Numbered from the stretch's first letter, positions 22,138-32,189 are shown. The stretch is DNA of 64,000 bases from an uncultured Verrucomicrobiae bacterium (GCA_963834385.1 CAWIBO010000005.1:352001-416000); one strand, 5' to 3'. The notes: generated by a model from the letters alone, not told the origin. Translations and numbers: made by a program.

Positions 22138-24993
22138 ATGCTCGCTCGCTTCCTTGTTTGCTCCCTCATGTTTGCCACCGCCGCGCTGCTGCCGGCGCAG
22201 GCTCCCTCACCCGCGGCTAGCCCCGCCGCAACGGCCGCCCCGACCGCTTCTCCTGCGGCCGCGGTTGCCGCTTCCCCCGCTGCTCCAACCACTTCTCCCG
22301 ACGCCGCGGTCGCCGCTTCTCCTGCTGCCGCTGCTTCCCCCGCGGCCACGCCTTTTGAGCTGAGCGATGTCTATTTCAAGAACCTGAAGGTGCGCGCCAT
22401 CGGCCCGGCTGTCATGGGCGGGCGGGTCTCGGAAATCGCGCTCGATCCGCGCAACCCCAATGTCTTTTATGTCGGGCTCGGCACCGGCGGCTTGTTCAAG
22501 ACCTCCGATAACGGCGTCAGTTTCAGCCCGATCTTCGACAAGGAACCGGTCCTCTCGATCGGCGCGGTGGCGGTGGCGCCTTCGAACCCGGACGTCGTCT
22601 GGGTCGGGTCGGGCGAGGCGAACGATCGGAATTCGTCGGGCTGGGGGAACGGCGTCTACCGGTCCACCGACGGCGGCAGCACCTGGACAAACGTCGGTTT
22701 GAAAGAAAGCCGGGCGATTGACCGCGTGGTGGTGCACCCGACCAACCCGGAGACAGCTTATGTGGCGGTGGCAGGTCATTTGTGGGCCGACAGCCCCGAG
22801 CGCGGTTTGTATAAGACGACCGACGGCGGCAAAACCTGGAAAGCGGTCCTGCAGGCGCAGGGCGCGAACGCGCAAAAAGTCGGCTGCACGGACGTGGTCA
22901 TGGACCCGTCGAACCCCGAGGTGCTTTACGCGGCGCTCTACGCCCGGCGGCGCACCCCCTGGAGTTTCACCTACGGGGTGAACGCCACCAACGGCGAGGA
23001 TGCGGGCGGCATTTTCAAGAGCACCAACGGCGGCGGCACCTGGAAAAAACTGGCGGGCGGGCTGCCGGGACAAACCGGCAACATCGGTCTCGCGGTCAGC
23101 GCCTCGAATCCGAAGATCGTGATGGCGGTGGTGCAGAGCGATGAAGGCGGCGCGAGCGACATCAGCGATGTGCACAGCCGGCGCGGCGGCGTTTTCCGCT
23201 CGGAAGACGGCGGGGAAAAGTGGACGCGAATGAACTCCATCAACCCGCGCCCGTTTTATTTCAGCCAGATCCGGATCGACCCGGCGAACGACAAACGCGT
23301 TTACGTCCTCGGTTACGCGCTCCTGGTTTCCGACGATGCCGGCCGGAATCTCCGGGAAGACCTGAGCGACAAGGTCCATCCCGATATTCACGCCCTTGTC
23401 ATTCAACCCGGGACAACGCCCGCGCCGAAGCCGGCCAAGCCGGAGGAAAAAGACAAGGCGCCCAAGCCGCAGGTTTGCCAGCGGTTGATCATGGGCACCG
23501 ACGGTGGCGTTTACCAGAGCTACGCCGCGGGCAATGGCTGGGATTTCCTGAACACCATCCCGTCCGGCCAGTTTTATCGGATCAGCGTGGACGACAGCCG
23601 GCCTTATTACCGGGTGGCAGGCGGTCTGCAGGATAATTGCAATTTCGTCGGACCCACCGGCGTGCCGAGCAAGGAAGGCATCCGCAACTCCGACTGGACC
23701 AACCTGGCGGGTGGCGACGGTTTTTACATTGTCTTTGACCCGACCGACAAGGACATCTTCTACGCGGAAAGCCAGGAAGGGTTCGTCCATCGAATGAACC
23801 TGCGCACGGGTGAAGTGAAGGGGCTGCGCCCGGAACCGGCCGAAGGCCAGCCGCGCTACCGCTTCCACTGGAACTCGCCTTTGATCGGCAGCAAACACAA
23901 ACCCGGCGTTCTTTACCTCGCCGGGAACCGCGTCTTTCGACTGACCGAGCGGGCCGAGCATTACACCGTGATCTCGCCTGACCTCACCCACAGCGATCCC
24001 GCAAAGATCGCCGCGACCGGGAGCGGCGCGGAAAATTTCGGGGTCATCTATGCGCTGGCGGAATCGCCGGTGAAGGCCGGACTGCTCTGGGCCGGGACGG
24101 ATGACGGCCGGCTTTGGGTGACCGAGAACGACGGCGGCAAATGGACGGAGCTGACCGGGAAGCTGCCGGACGACGTGCGCGGGCGCTGGATCGTGGGGAT
24201 TGAGGCGGGCGCGGGCGACCCGAAAGTCGCCTACGTGGCGCTGAACGCTTATCGCACCGGCGATGATCGCCCGATGATCGTGCGCACCGCGGACAGCGGC
24301 CAGACCTGGCAGAGCGTGGTCGGCGAAGGCCTGCCGGCGAATGCGCCGGTTGAGGTGGTGCGCGAGGACCCGGTCAACCCCCGGCTGCTCTACGCCGGGA
24401 CGCACTTCGGCCTGTTTGCTTCCTTCGACCAGGGCGCGCGCTGGATGCGCATGGGCGACATGCCGGCGGTACGGGTGGACGACATCAAAATTCATCCGCG
24501 CACGGCTGATCTCGTCATCGGCACGCACGGCCGCAGCATTGGCATCTTGGACGACACCCGGCCATTGCGCGAGCTGACCCCGGAAGCCGCAGCCCAGCCG
24601 GCTCAACTTTTCAGCGTGCCGCCGGTGAACGGGTTTTACCTTCTGCCGGGCTGGGTCGACTGGAGCGGCAAAGGCGAATTCCGTGGCGAGAACCCGCCGG
24701 AAGGCGCGCTCTTCACCGTCTGGGTGAAGGAATTCACCGGCGACGAAATCAAGATCGCCGTGACCAACGCGAATGGTCAGCCGGTGGCCAATTTGAAATC
24801 GCCGGGCGCGCCGGGCATGACGCGGATGAACTGGGACCTGCGGGTGACAAAAGATCTACGGACCGAGTACGGCGGCGACGATCCTCAAAGATTCGTGCCG
24901 AGTGGCGATTACACCGCCGAGCTGACCTACGGGAAACACAAGGCGAAGCAGACGTTCAAGGTCGAGATCGCCGAAGGAATCAAGACGAGATAG
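22138..24993 (+). CDS. Exported BNR/Asp-box (VPS10/sortilin-like) beta-propeller protein
   Basis: Signal peptide, Ala/Pro-rich ASPAA repeats, IGPAVMGGRV, many SxDGGxTW boxes, THGRS. Confidence 0.88.
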   Translation: MLARFLVCSLMFATAALLPAQAPSPAASPAATAAPTASPAAAVAASPAAPTTSPDAAVAASPAAAASPAATPFELSDVYFKNLKVRAIGPAVMGGRVSEIALDPRNPNVFYVGLGTGGLFKTSDNGVSFSPIFDKEPVLSIGAVAVAPSNPDVVWVGSGEANDRNSSGWGNGVYRSTDGGSTWTNVGLKESRAIDRVVVHPTNPETAYVAVAGHLWADSPERGLYKTTDGGKTWKAVLQAQGANAQKVGCTDVVMDPSNPEVLYAALYARRRTPWSFTYGVNATNGEDAGGIFKSTNGGGTWKKLAGGLPGQTGNIGLAVSASNPKIVMAVVQSDEGGASDISDVHSRRGGVFRSEDGGEKWTRMNSINPRPFYFSQIRIDPANDKRVYVLGYALLVSDDAGRNLREDLSDKVHPDIHALVIQPGTTPAPKPAKPEEKDKAPKPQVCQRLIMGTDGGVYQSYAAGNGWDFLNTIPSGQFYRISVDDSRPYYRVAGGLQDNCNFVGPTGVPSKEGIRNSDWTNLAGGDGFYIVFDPTDKDIFYAESQEGFVHRMNLRTGEVKGLRPEPAEGQPRYRFHWNSPLIGSKHKPGVLYLAGNRVFRLTERAEHYTVISPDLTHSDPAKIAATGSGAENFGVIYALAESPVKAGLLWAGTDDGRLWVTENDGGKWTELTGKLPDDVRGRWIVGIEAGAGDPKVAYVALNAYRTGDDRPMIVRTADSGQTWQSVVGEGLPANAPVEVVREDPVNPRLLYAGTHFGLFASFDQGARWMRMGDMPAVRVDDIKIHPRTADLVIGTHGRSIGILDDTRPLRELTPEAAAQPAQLFSVPPVNGFYLLPGWVDWSGKGEFRGENPPEGALFTVWVKEFTGDEIKIAVTNANGQPVANLKSPGAPGMTRMNWDLRVTKDLRTEYGGDDPQRFVPSGDYTAELTYGKHKAKQTFKVEIAEGIKTR

Positions 24994-25050
24994 GTCGGCC
25001 GCGTGTTTGGGAACGAAAAGGCCTGGGGTGGAAACGCCCCCGCCTTTTGA

Positions 25051-26313
25051 TCAGTCGCCCCCAGGCGGCAGGTCCGCTGCTTTCCAATCCATCGCGCGAC
25101 GAATACGACTGCGGCCGCTTGGGTGATCGAAAAAGATGATTTCTTCTAGCTGCGTCGGTTCGAGTTTGCGATAGGCGCCCAGCTTCAGCGCGACCGTGGC
25201 GGCCGCGTCGGGCTCGCGCGCCGTGTTCAGGGCAAAGGCATCGGCCTCGTGCTCGATCGTCCGGATGATCGTGTTGGTCACCGGGGTGAGCACGAGGAAA
25301 ATGGCGGCGATAATGAGCGAGAGCAGCGGCAGGCCCGCGGGATCGGAAATCCCGCGCACACCCCAGGTCGCGCCCCAGCGTCGCAGGGCCACGTCAAAGG
25401 CAAGCCGCGTCAGGCCAAAAGAGACAAAGAAGAGGACACCGAATGCGAACAGGAGTTTGACCGTGTGGCCGAGGATGTAGTGCCCCATCTCGTGGGCCAT
25501 GACGAGGCGGATCTCCGGGAGAGAACATTGTTTAAGGAGATTGTCGTTCAAGGCGATGCGAGTGGTGCCGAGAAAACCGGCCACGTTGGCGCTGATCCGC
25601 TTGGTCTGGCGGGAAGCGTCGACCTCGAAGACCTGGTCGACCGGGATCTGGTTGGCGCGGGCCATGGCCAGGATCGGGTCGCGCAGTTCTGGCTGGGTCA
25701 ACGGCTTGTAGGTGTTAAAGAGGGGCTCGATGTAGACCGGCGCGATCATGGCGAAGAAGGCGAAGAAAAGGACGCAGACCGCTGTGGCCCAAAGCCACCA
25801 GGTGCGCGGCGCGCGCCGGAAAACGGCGTAAAGGATCACGAAGAGGACGGAAAAGGCCACGAGGTTGATGAGGAAGGCGAGGAGTTGTTCGCCGAACCAT
25901 TGCGGGAAGGTCTGCGTGGCCATGCCGTAGGCATGTTCGCGGACAAAATATTGGTACCAGGTGAGAGGAAAGGCCAGAATGGCGCTGATGGTGACAAATG
26001 AGATGACGTAAAGGACCGTTTGCAGCCATTTCCAGCGGGCCCATTGTTCCGCGCGATTACGGAGGTAGGCGGAGAGCCGCGTCGTGAGGAGGAGCAGAGA
26101 GATCGCGGCCGTGACGAGAAAATTCCAAAGGATCAGCCAGTAGCCCCCCTCGAAGTAGGCCTCAGAGCGGGCGCGTGTTTCCGCCGGCACGGTGGCGAGC
26201 CAGGCGGCAGTGGCCTCGGCCGGCGCGAGTGAGGCGGCGGCAGCGGGTGTCGCGGCCGGGACGGGCGGGACGTCCTGCGCGAAAGCCGAGGCGCCGAGGC
26301 AAAGGCTCGCCAT
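25051..26313 (-). CDS. M48 family (Ste24-like) membrane metallopeptidase; start uncertain
   Basis: AHEMGHY, EHEADAFA, DHPSGRSRI; multiple TM helices. Confidence 0.9.
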   Translation of the reverse strand: MASLCLGASAFAQDVPPVPAATPAAAASLAPAEATAAWLATVPAETRARSEAYFEGGYWLILWNFLVTAAISLLLLTTRLSAYLRNRAEQWARWKWLQTVLYVISFVTISAILAFPLTWYQYFVREHAYGMATQTFPQWFGEQLLAFLINLVAFSVLFVILYAVFRRAPRTWWLWATAVCVLFFAFFAMIAPVYIEPLFNTYKPLTQPELRDPILAMARANQIPVDQVFEVDASRQTKRISANVAGFLGTTRIALNDNLLKQCSLPEIRLVMAHEMGHYILGHTVKLLFAFGVLFFVSFGLTRLAFDVALRRWGATWGVRGISDPAGLPLLSLIIAAIFLVLTPVTNTIIRTIEHEADAFALNTAREPDAAATVALKLGAYRKLEPTQLEEIIFFDHPSGRSRIRRAMDWKAADLPPGGD

Positions 26314-26354
26314 CGCGCCAAGCAAAGCGGGCCGACCCGCTCGAGGGAAAAGCC

Positions 26355-26786
26355 TCAAGAATTTGTGGAATACGGCGTGGTGCTGCCGCGCCGGAGCCGG
26401 TCGAGGCTCCAGACGCCGCCCCCGGCGATGGCCAGGAAAAGACAAACGAAACAATAGGCGATGGCCAGTTCACCCTTGTTCAGGATCGGGAAAAAACCCT
26501 GCGGCGCGTGCGCCATAAAATAGGCCACGGCCATCAGGCCGGAGAGCAAAAACGCCGCCGGCCTGGTGAAAAGACCAAGCACGAGCAGAACGCCGCCAAT
26601 GGTTTCGAGCAGCGCGGCAAAACCAATCAGGGAAAGATAGTCCAGCCCTTCGTGCGGTTTGCTGCCGGGCGGAAAGCCAAACCATTTCTGCAACCCATGC
26701 TGCAGGATCAGGAGCCCGACAATGATACGCAGGATGCTGAGGACGCGCGGCGTCCACCTGGCGGCGAAATTTCCGGAATCAGCCAT
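26355..26786 (-). CDS. DoxX family membrane protein
   Basis: LRIIVGLLILQHGLQKWFG, LGLFTRPAAF, NKGELAIAY. Confidence 0.9.
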   Translation of the reverse strand: MADSGNFAARWTPRVLSILRIIVGLLILQHGLQKWFGFPPGSKPHEGLDYLSLIGFAALLETIGGVLLVLGLFTRPAAFLLSGLMAVAYFMAHAPQGFFPILNKGELAIAYCFVCLFLAIAGGGVWSLDRLRRGSTTPYSTNS

Positions 26787-26873
26787 GAATCGCATCCTTC
26801 CGAATCCCGCCCTCCCTGACAAGCCAAAAGCGGCCAGGCCTTCCTTCTCCTACTCGCTGAAAATTCGGACAAG

Positions 26874-27061
26874 GGATGAATTTGGAAGCCAGGAAAGCAG
26901 GAAGGGAATGAGGATGGAGGATGGAAGATAGAGGATAGCGAAGTGATCACCGACCACTGATCGCCGATCACCGATCACCGATCACCGATCAGATCAGCGT
27001 GTCAGCGTGTCAGCGTTTCCCCTCAGCGTGTCCAGCTCCCAAGCTCCCAGCTCCAAGCCCC
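26874..27061. repeat. Mosaic of short tandem repeats
   Basis: GAATTTGGAAGCCAGGAAAGCAGGAA, then (GAGGATG)n, (CCGATCA)n, (TCAGCGTG)n and (CCAGCTC)n blocks. Confidence 0.8.
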
Positions 27062-27062
27062 G

Positions 27063-27996
27063 CTACCGCCCCGGCGCCAGCCGTTCCTGCAACAAAACAT
27101 TTGCCCCGCTTTTCACCCGCCGCACAACCTCCACCGGTCGCCCGGCTCTTCCCGTCTCCCGCACAACCAGCTCATCGCCTTCCATCCGGGCAAACCCTGG
27201 ACCAACCTCAACGAGCGCAGGCCGCGCCGCCGCCATGACGGCAAGCGCGTCGAAGACCGGTCCGCCCTCGAGGCCGAGCCACTTCGTCCAGAACCAGAGC
27301 CAGAACCCACTGCGTTTCGCGACAAACCGGCTTCCCGCCCGGTCGTTGGTCAGCATGGCTTCGCGCGTCCCGGGGCGCAGACGCAGACCGGCCGCCACCT
27401 CGATCGGAACCAGCAGCAACCGCGCGGGCCCGGCCAGGACGCGGCCCGCCGCCGCCGGATCCTTCACCACATTGGCGTCGCTGATGGTGACATGGCGGGT
27501 CCGGCCAAAACGAAGAGCGTCGGAAGGCCGTCGTCCGCCGAGAAAGATCACGCGCCGCAACCGGCGCGCGCTTTCGGGATGCTGCGCCTGGAACGCCGCC
27601 AGGTTGGTCAAGGGACCGAGGGCGATGTAGGTGAGGTTTGTTTCCTTTTCGAGCGCCCGCGCCAGGGCGCGGCTGGCCGGACTCGGGTCGAACCGGCCCG
27701 GCCCGGCTGCTCCCTCGTAAACCGGCACCTTCTCCGCCCGGGCGGCCCGGCGCAGTTCTTCCATGACAGCGCCCGTGCGCGCGAGCGAAGCGTTTCCGTA
27801 GGTGGTGCTGATTCCCACCAGGCGAAGCTCGGGACTGTGCCGGGCCAGCAGAAAGGCAAAGGCATCGTCCACCTCCCGCCAGGGAGCCCCGAGCGAGGGA
27901 TCCATGTCGAGCCAGACCGCGGTGGACGCATCCAAGGCCCGGGCACCGGCGAAAAACAAAAGGAACAGGGTCGCCGGGAGGGAAAGAGCTTTCCAA
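27063..27996 (-). CDS. Nucleoside hydrolase (inosine/uridine-preferring family), probably with a signal peptide; start uncertain
   Basis: DMDP...VDDAFA, GISTTYGN, ALGPLTNLA, DANVVKDPAAA, VFDALAV; KALSLPATLFLLFFAGARA signal-like segment. Confidence 0.85.
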
Positions 27997-28047
27997 GGGC
28001 AGGTGAGACGAACAAAATTGGGGCGGCCAAGCCTGGAGAACGAACTG

Positions 28048-28776
28048 ATGCGCATACTGAAGATTCTATTGTTGACCGTGATGACCCTGGCGGCCACCGC
28101 GGAGAGCCGGGCCGCGGACGCGCCCTGGACGGAAACCTACGCCGACCTCTTGAAGCGTTACGTCACGCCGGAGGGAAACGTCCGTTACCAGGCCTGGAAA
28201 GCGAACGGCGCCGATCTCCGCCGTCTTAATCAGGTGGTGCAGGGGATCGCCGGGGCCGACCTGGGCCGGATGAACCGCGCCGAGCAGCTCGCCTTTTACC
28301 TGAACGCCTACAACGCCTGGATTCTGCATGAAGCGCTCGAGAAATATCCGACCAAGTCGGTGAAAGACCTTCTCTTCACCTTTTTCCTGAGCAACCGGCT
28401 GACCGTGGCGGGGGAGAAGATGAGTTTTAATCGGCTGGAGAAGGATATCATCCGCCGGAAATTTGATGAGCCGCTGATCCATTTTGCGCTCAACTGCGCC
28501 AGCCAAAGCTGCCCGCCGCTGCTGGACGAGCCTTACCGGGCCGGGAACCTCAAAGCCACCATGGAAAAGCAGACGCGCGCCTTTGTGAACTCGCCGCGGG
28601 GCGTGGTGGTCGATGGGAAAACCGCGCGGCTCTCGAAGATTTTCGATTGGTACAAGGAGGACTTTCCCAAGGGTGACGTGCTGGGCTTCGTTAACAAATG
28701 GCGGAACAAACCGATTCCGGCCGGGGCGAAGATCGAATACCAGGATTACGACTGGGGCTTGAACGCGGCCCGCTAG
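28048..28776 (+). CDS. Exported DUF547 domain protein
   Basis: Signal peptide; LAFYLNAYNA, IHFALNCASQSCPPL, LSKIFDWYKEDF, YDWGLN. Confidence 0.92.
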   Translation: MRILKILLLTVMTLAATAESRAADAPWTETYADLLKRYVTPEGNVRYQAWKANGADLRRLNQVVQGIAGADLGRMNRAEQLAFYLNAYNAWILHEALEKYPTKSVKDLLFTFFLSNRLTVAGEKMSFNRLEKDIIRRKFDEPLIHFALNCASQSCPPLLDEPYRAGNLKATMEKQTRAFVNSPRGVVVDGKTARLSKIFDWYKEDFPKGDVLGFVNKWRNKPIPAGAKIEYQDYDWGLNAAR

Positions 28777-28781
28777 AAATC

Positions 28782-30227
28782 ATGGTCGCCCTGGTGGACA
28801 CGAGCACGGAGAGACGGCCGCATTGGCGGGCGCGCTGGCATGCCTTTCGGCATCCGATTCATGAGGAAAAGGCAAAGGTCCTGCGGGAGCGCTGGGAAAC
28901 GTTGCCGGCTGAGCTGCGCACGCCGAACCAGATTTCCGGGCGTCACCTGACGCATTGCGGGTTCACCCTGGGCGCGAGCTATTGTTCCTTTCATTGCACT
29001 CATTGTTATCTGCCGAAGAACGCGAACGAGATTCCGATCCCGTCGCTGGAGCAGGTGAAGGAGCAGATCGACGCCAACCGCCGTTTGCAGGGGCCGGGGG
29101 GCGGACTGCAAATCACGGGGGGCGATGTCGCCGACGCTTATTGGAAGAGTGGGCGGGGCGATGAACTGATCGAGATCGTGCGCTACGCCTACTCGGTCGG
29201 ATCGATCCCGATGCTGATGACGCACGGGCAGACGTTGCTCGAGCAACCGCAGTTCCTCGAGCGCCTCGTGGTGGAGGCCGGGCTGCGGCAGATCTCGGTG
29301 CACGTCGACATGACCCAGGCCGGGCGTCATGGCTATCCGATCGGACGGATCAAGTGCGAGGCCGATCTGCATCCGGTGCGCCAGGCTTTCACCGACCTGG
29401 CGCGCGACATCCGGAAGCGCACCGGTTTCCCGCTCGAGTATGCGCTGAGCTTCACCGTCACCCGGCGGAACATTGACGATGTGCCGGAAGTCATCCGCTG
29501 GTATCTGGCCGACCCGGAACGGTCGCTCATCTGGCGCATGCTCAGTTTCCAGCCCGAAGCCGACACCGGGCGGACGATTTTTTCGCAGCGTCCCATCACC
29601 GCGGCCGATGTCTGGGAGAAGATCTGCGAAGGCGTGGGCCTGCCTTTGCGCCGTGACGTTTCGATCTTCGGGCATCCCGATTGCAACAGTTGGGCCTCGC
29701 TCATGGTGGCGCGGCCGTCGGGCGCGATCCTGCCGCTGCTGCCCGATGACAAAAAGTTTGATGTGATTCTTGGCGAGGTGCTCGAGCGGATCGGCGGACT
29801 TTCCCTGGTGAACGATGATGCCGGCACGCCGCCTTACCGCCTGGCCGGGGTCCTGTTCCAGAACCCGCTCCTGGCGCTCCGCCTGGCCGGTCGGTTGCTC
29901 GGTTATTTCACTTCACGCAAGGCGCCGCCCGAGATTCTGCGCTCGATCCTGCGCGGCCGGGTGCATACCCTCGGCGTCGGCATGCATAATTTCATGGGCG
30001 CGGAACAAGTGGCACGGGCGGGGAGCGATCCCGTGATCAAGGCGCGGCTTGATTCCTGTGTCTTCAAGGGAGCGGTCAAGCGCGACGGCAAATGGGAGGC
30101 CGTCCCGATGTGTTCCATGAACCAGCAGACCTGGTCCGAGGTTTACGACGAACGGCTGCGCGACCCCGAGCTTCTCCAGCAGTCGCAGGTCAACCGGCCC
30201 CAGGTCGCCGCCGCGGCGGCGGATTGA
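28782..30227 (+). CDS. Radical SAM enzyme of unknown function with extra C-terminal Cys residues (COG1964-like)
   Basis: CSFHCTHC (CxxxCxxC), ITGGD, THG; GHPDC, RLDSC, VPMCSMN. Confidence 0.85.
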   Translation: MVALVDTSTERRPHWRARWHAFRHPIHEEKAKVLRERWETLPAELRTPNQISGRHLTHCGFTLGASYCSFHCTHCYLPKNANEIPIPSLEQVKEQIDANRRLQGPGGGLQITGGDVADAYWKSGRGDELIEIVRYAYSVGSIPMLMTHGQTLLEQPQFLERLVVEAGLRQISVHVDMTQAGRHGYPIGRIKCEADLHPVRQAFTDLARDIRKRTGFPLEYALSFTVTRRNIDDVPEVIRWYLADPERSLIWRMLSFQPEADTGRTIFSQRPITAADVWEKICEGVGLPLRRDVSIFGHPDCNSWASLMVARPSGAILPLLPDDKKFDVILGEVLERIGGLSLVNDDAGTPPYRLAGVLFQNPLLALRLAGRLLGYFTSRKAPPEILRSILRGRVHTLGVGMHNFMGAEQVARAGSDPVIKARLDSCVFKGAVKRDGKWEAVPMCSMNQQTWSEVYDERLRDPELLQQSQVNRPQVAAAAAD

Positions 30228-30234
30228 TTCCGCT

Positions 30235-30984
30235 GTGGCCTCGACCGCACCGGAGCACGAGGCGGGGCCGCGCGTCAGCGTGATCATTCCGGCCTGGGGC
30301 GACTCGGTCAGCCTGGCCGCCATTTTACCGACGCTCGAGGCGTTGCCTTTGCACGAGATCATCGTGGTGGATGTCTGTGCCGACACGGCGGACTGCCGGC
30401 TTCCGGGCGGCGGACGGGCCCGGTTGATCTGCACCTGTTCGCCGAGCCGGGGCCGGCAGATGAACCTTGGCGCGGCGGCCGCCGAAGGCGATGTGCTTGT
30501 TTTTCAGCACGCCGACACCCTTTTCTCGAGGGAACATTTGTCGGCGCTGAAGGCGGCCCTGCGCGACAACGCCTCGATCATCGGCGGCGCCTTTCATCGC
30601 CGGTTTGATGGGCGCCATCCGCGGCTGCGCTGGCTGGAGAAAGTGGCGCGTTTCCTTTCCCGGCATGGCGGCACCCTCTTTGGAGATCAGACCGTGTTTG
30701 TCCGGCGCGAGGTGTTTCAGCGGTTACACGGGTTTGCCGAGATCCCGCTGATGGAAGATGTGGAGTTTTCCCGGCGCCTGCGCGCCGCCGGACGGGTGGT
30801 GGTGCTCGATCCGCCCGTGGAAACATCGCCCCGCCATCACCAGGAGAACGGCGCCTGGCGCACCAGCATTCGGAACGGCCTTTTCCTCCTCCTCTTCCGT
30901 CTCGGCGTCTCAGCCGAACGATTGCACGCATGGTATTACCGTCGCCCGCGGCCGGATGTGGGCGCGGCGCCCGTCGGCGCGTGA
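30235..30984 (+). CDS. GT2 glycosyltransferase, TIGR04283 type (arsenosugar-cluster associated)
   Basis: VSVIIPA, RGRQMNLGA, FQHADT, FGDQTVFVRR, IPLMEDVEFSRRL, TSPR. Confidence 0.85.
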   Translation: MASTAPEHEAGPRVSVIIPAWGDSVSLAAILPTLEALPLHEIIVVDVCADTADCRLPGGGRARLICTCSPSRGRQMNLGAAAAEGDVLVFQHADTLFSREHLSALKAALRDNASIIGGAFHRRFDGRHPRLRWLEKVARFLSRHGGTLFGDQTVFVRREVFQRLHGFAEIPLMEDVEFSRRLRAAGRVVVLDPPVETSPRHHQENGAWRTSIRNGLFLLLFRLGVSAERLHAWYYRRPRPDVGAAPVGA

Positions 30985-30998
30985 GGGGCGGGAATGAA

Positions 30999-31229
30999 GG
31001 GGCGTGAATCGTAAATCGTGAATCGTGAATAGTGGGGAGCTCCCCCGGTAGGGCGACGCTCCGCGGAGCCTGAGAGCACGCGCCGCCAGCTAACCGGAGG
31101 GACGAGCTTCCGCTCGTCCATGGACCTGCGGAAGCAGGTCCCTCCGTAAGAAAAATCCCCCTATCTCAGTGCCCTCTGTGTCCTCCGTGGTAAATCCCTC
31201 CGCGCCCTCTGCGCCTCTGCGGTAAAAAC
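30999..31229 (-). repeat. Composite modular repeat, copy 1 (downstream of arsS)
   Basis: Read on minus: CGCAGAGG/CACAGAGG module, GGAG-REP doublet, GTAG-REP, (ATTCACG)n. Confidence 0.85.
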
Positions 31230-32189
31230 TCAGAGAAGCGCCCCGCCGCAGCTCGACCCCGCGCCCGCAGTGCACCCGAAACAATGTTCGCCGGTCTGGA
31301 TCTCACGCTCTTCCACCGTCTCCGGATCGATCTCCCAGAGATGCAGACCGCGGTCGCCGTCACGCCACTGCATCTTCAGCATCTGATTGAAATCGCAATC
31401 AAAGACCTCGCCCTGCCAGCTCACGTTGATGGTGTTCCGGCACATCAGCCCCTCGACCGTCGCCGGGTTGAAGGCGTCGTTCAGGAGCAACATGTAATCG
31501 GCCAGCTGCCCGTTGTTCTTCAACCAGGAAGCAAAACGCGAGACCGGGAGGTTCGTGATGGTGAAGAGCTTGTTGAAGACGATCCCGAAATGTTCCTGCA
31601 ACTCCCGTTTGTAATCGGCTTCCAGCTCCGCCTGCGGCCCGGGCAGGAACGCGCCGTTCGGGTTGTAAACCAGATGGAGCGGGAGCCGCGGGTCGGTCCC
31701 GTAACCGAGGCTGTTCAGAAGCTGCAATCCCTTGATGCTGCCGTCGAAAACGCCTTCCCCGCGCTGGGCGTTCACGTTCTCGGGCGAATAACAGGGCATC
31801 GAGGCAATGACCTCGATCTCGTGCTCCGCGAGGAACTGCGCGTAATCCTCAAAACCGGGCTCAACCAGGATGGTGAGGTTGCAGCGGTCGATGATGTGCC
31901 GCGGCGGCGTCAGCGCTTTGAGGCGGCGCACCAAATATTTGAAGTCGGGAATCATCTCCGGCGCGCCCCCGGTCAGGTCGACCGTCGGAATGTCGGTCCG
32001 CTCCAGCCAGTCAATGATGCGATCAACCGTCTCGCGGGTCATGATCTCCTTCCGCTTCGGCCCGGCGTTCACGTGGCAATGGATGCAGGTCAGGTTGCAA
32101 AGCTTGCCGACATTGACCTGTAAAATCTCGGTGCGGGCGTGGCGCAAGGTGAGCTGATGCTCGAGCAGCCTGTGGGAAAAACGGTTCAT
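31230..32189 (-). CDS. arsS: Arsenosugar biosynthesis radical SAM enzyme ArsS (with DUF3641 C-terminus)
   Basis: LQVNVGKLCNLTCIHCHV, DLTGGAPE, IDRCNLTIL, ASMPCY, LMCR, DCDFNQML, HCFGCTAGAGSSCGG. Confidence 0.92.
   Translation of the reverse strand: MNRFSHRLLEHQLTLRHARTEILQVNVGKLCNLTCIHCHVNAGPKRKEIMTRETVDRIIDWLERTDIPTVDLTGGAPEMIPDFKYLVRRLKALTPPRHIIDRCNLTILVEPGFEDYAQFLAEHEIEVIASMPCYSPENVNAQRGEGVFDGSIKGLQLLNSLGYGTDPRLPLHLVYNPNGAFLPGPQAELEADYKRELQEHFGIVFNKLFTITNLPVSRFASWLKNNGQLADYMLLLNDAFNPATVEGLMCRNTINVSWQGEVFDCDFNQMLKMQWRDGDRGLHLWEIDPETVEEREIQTGEHCFGCTAGAGSSCGGALL

Noticed and set aside
22207..24606. Long antisense ORFs such as 701..2506, 19431..21149, 22207..24606, 33970..35535 and 44962..46284
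   Set aside because: Shadow ORFs caused by high-GC codon bias opposite well-supported genes; no recognisable motifs
31230..31275. Selenocysteine in the ArsS C-terminal motif
   Set aside because: The motif reads GSSCGG with a Cys codon, and the TGA falls at the normal family end
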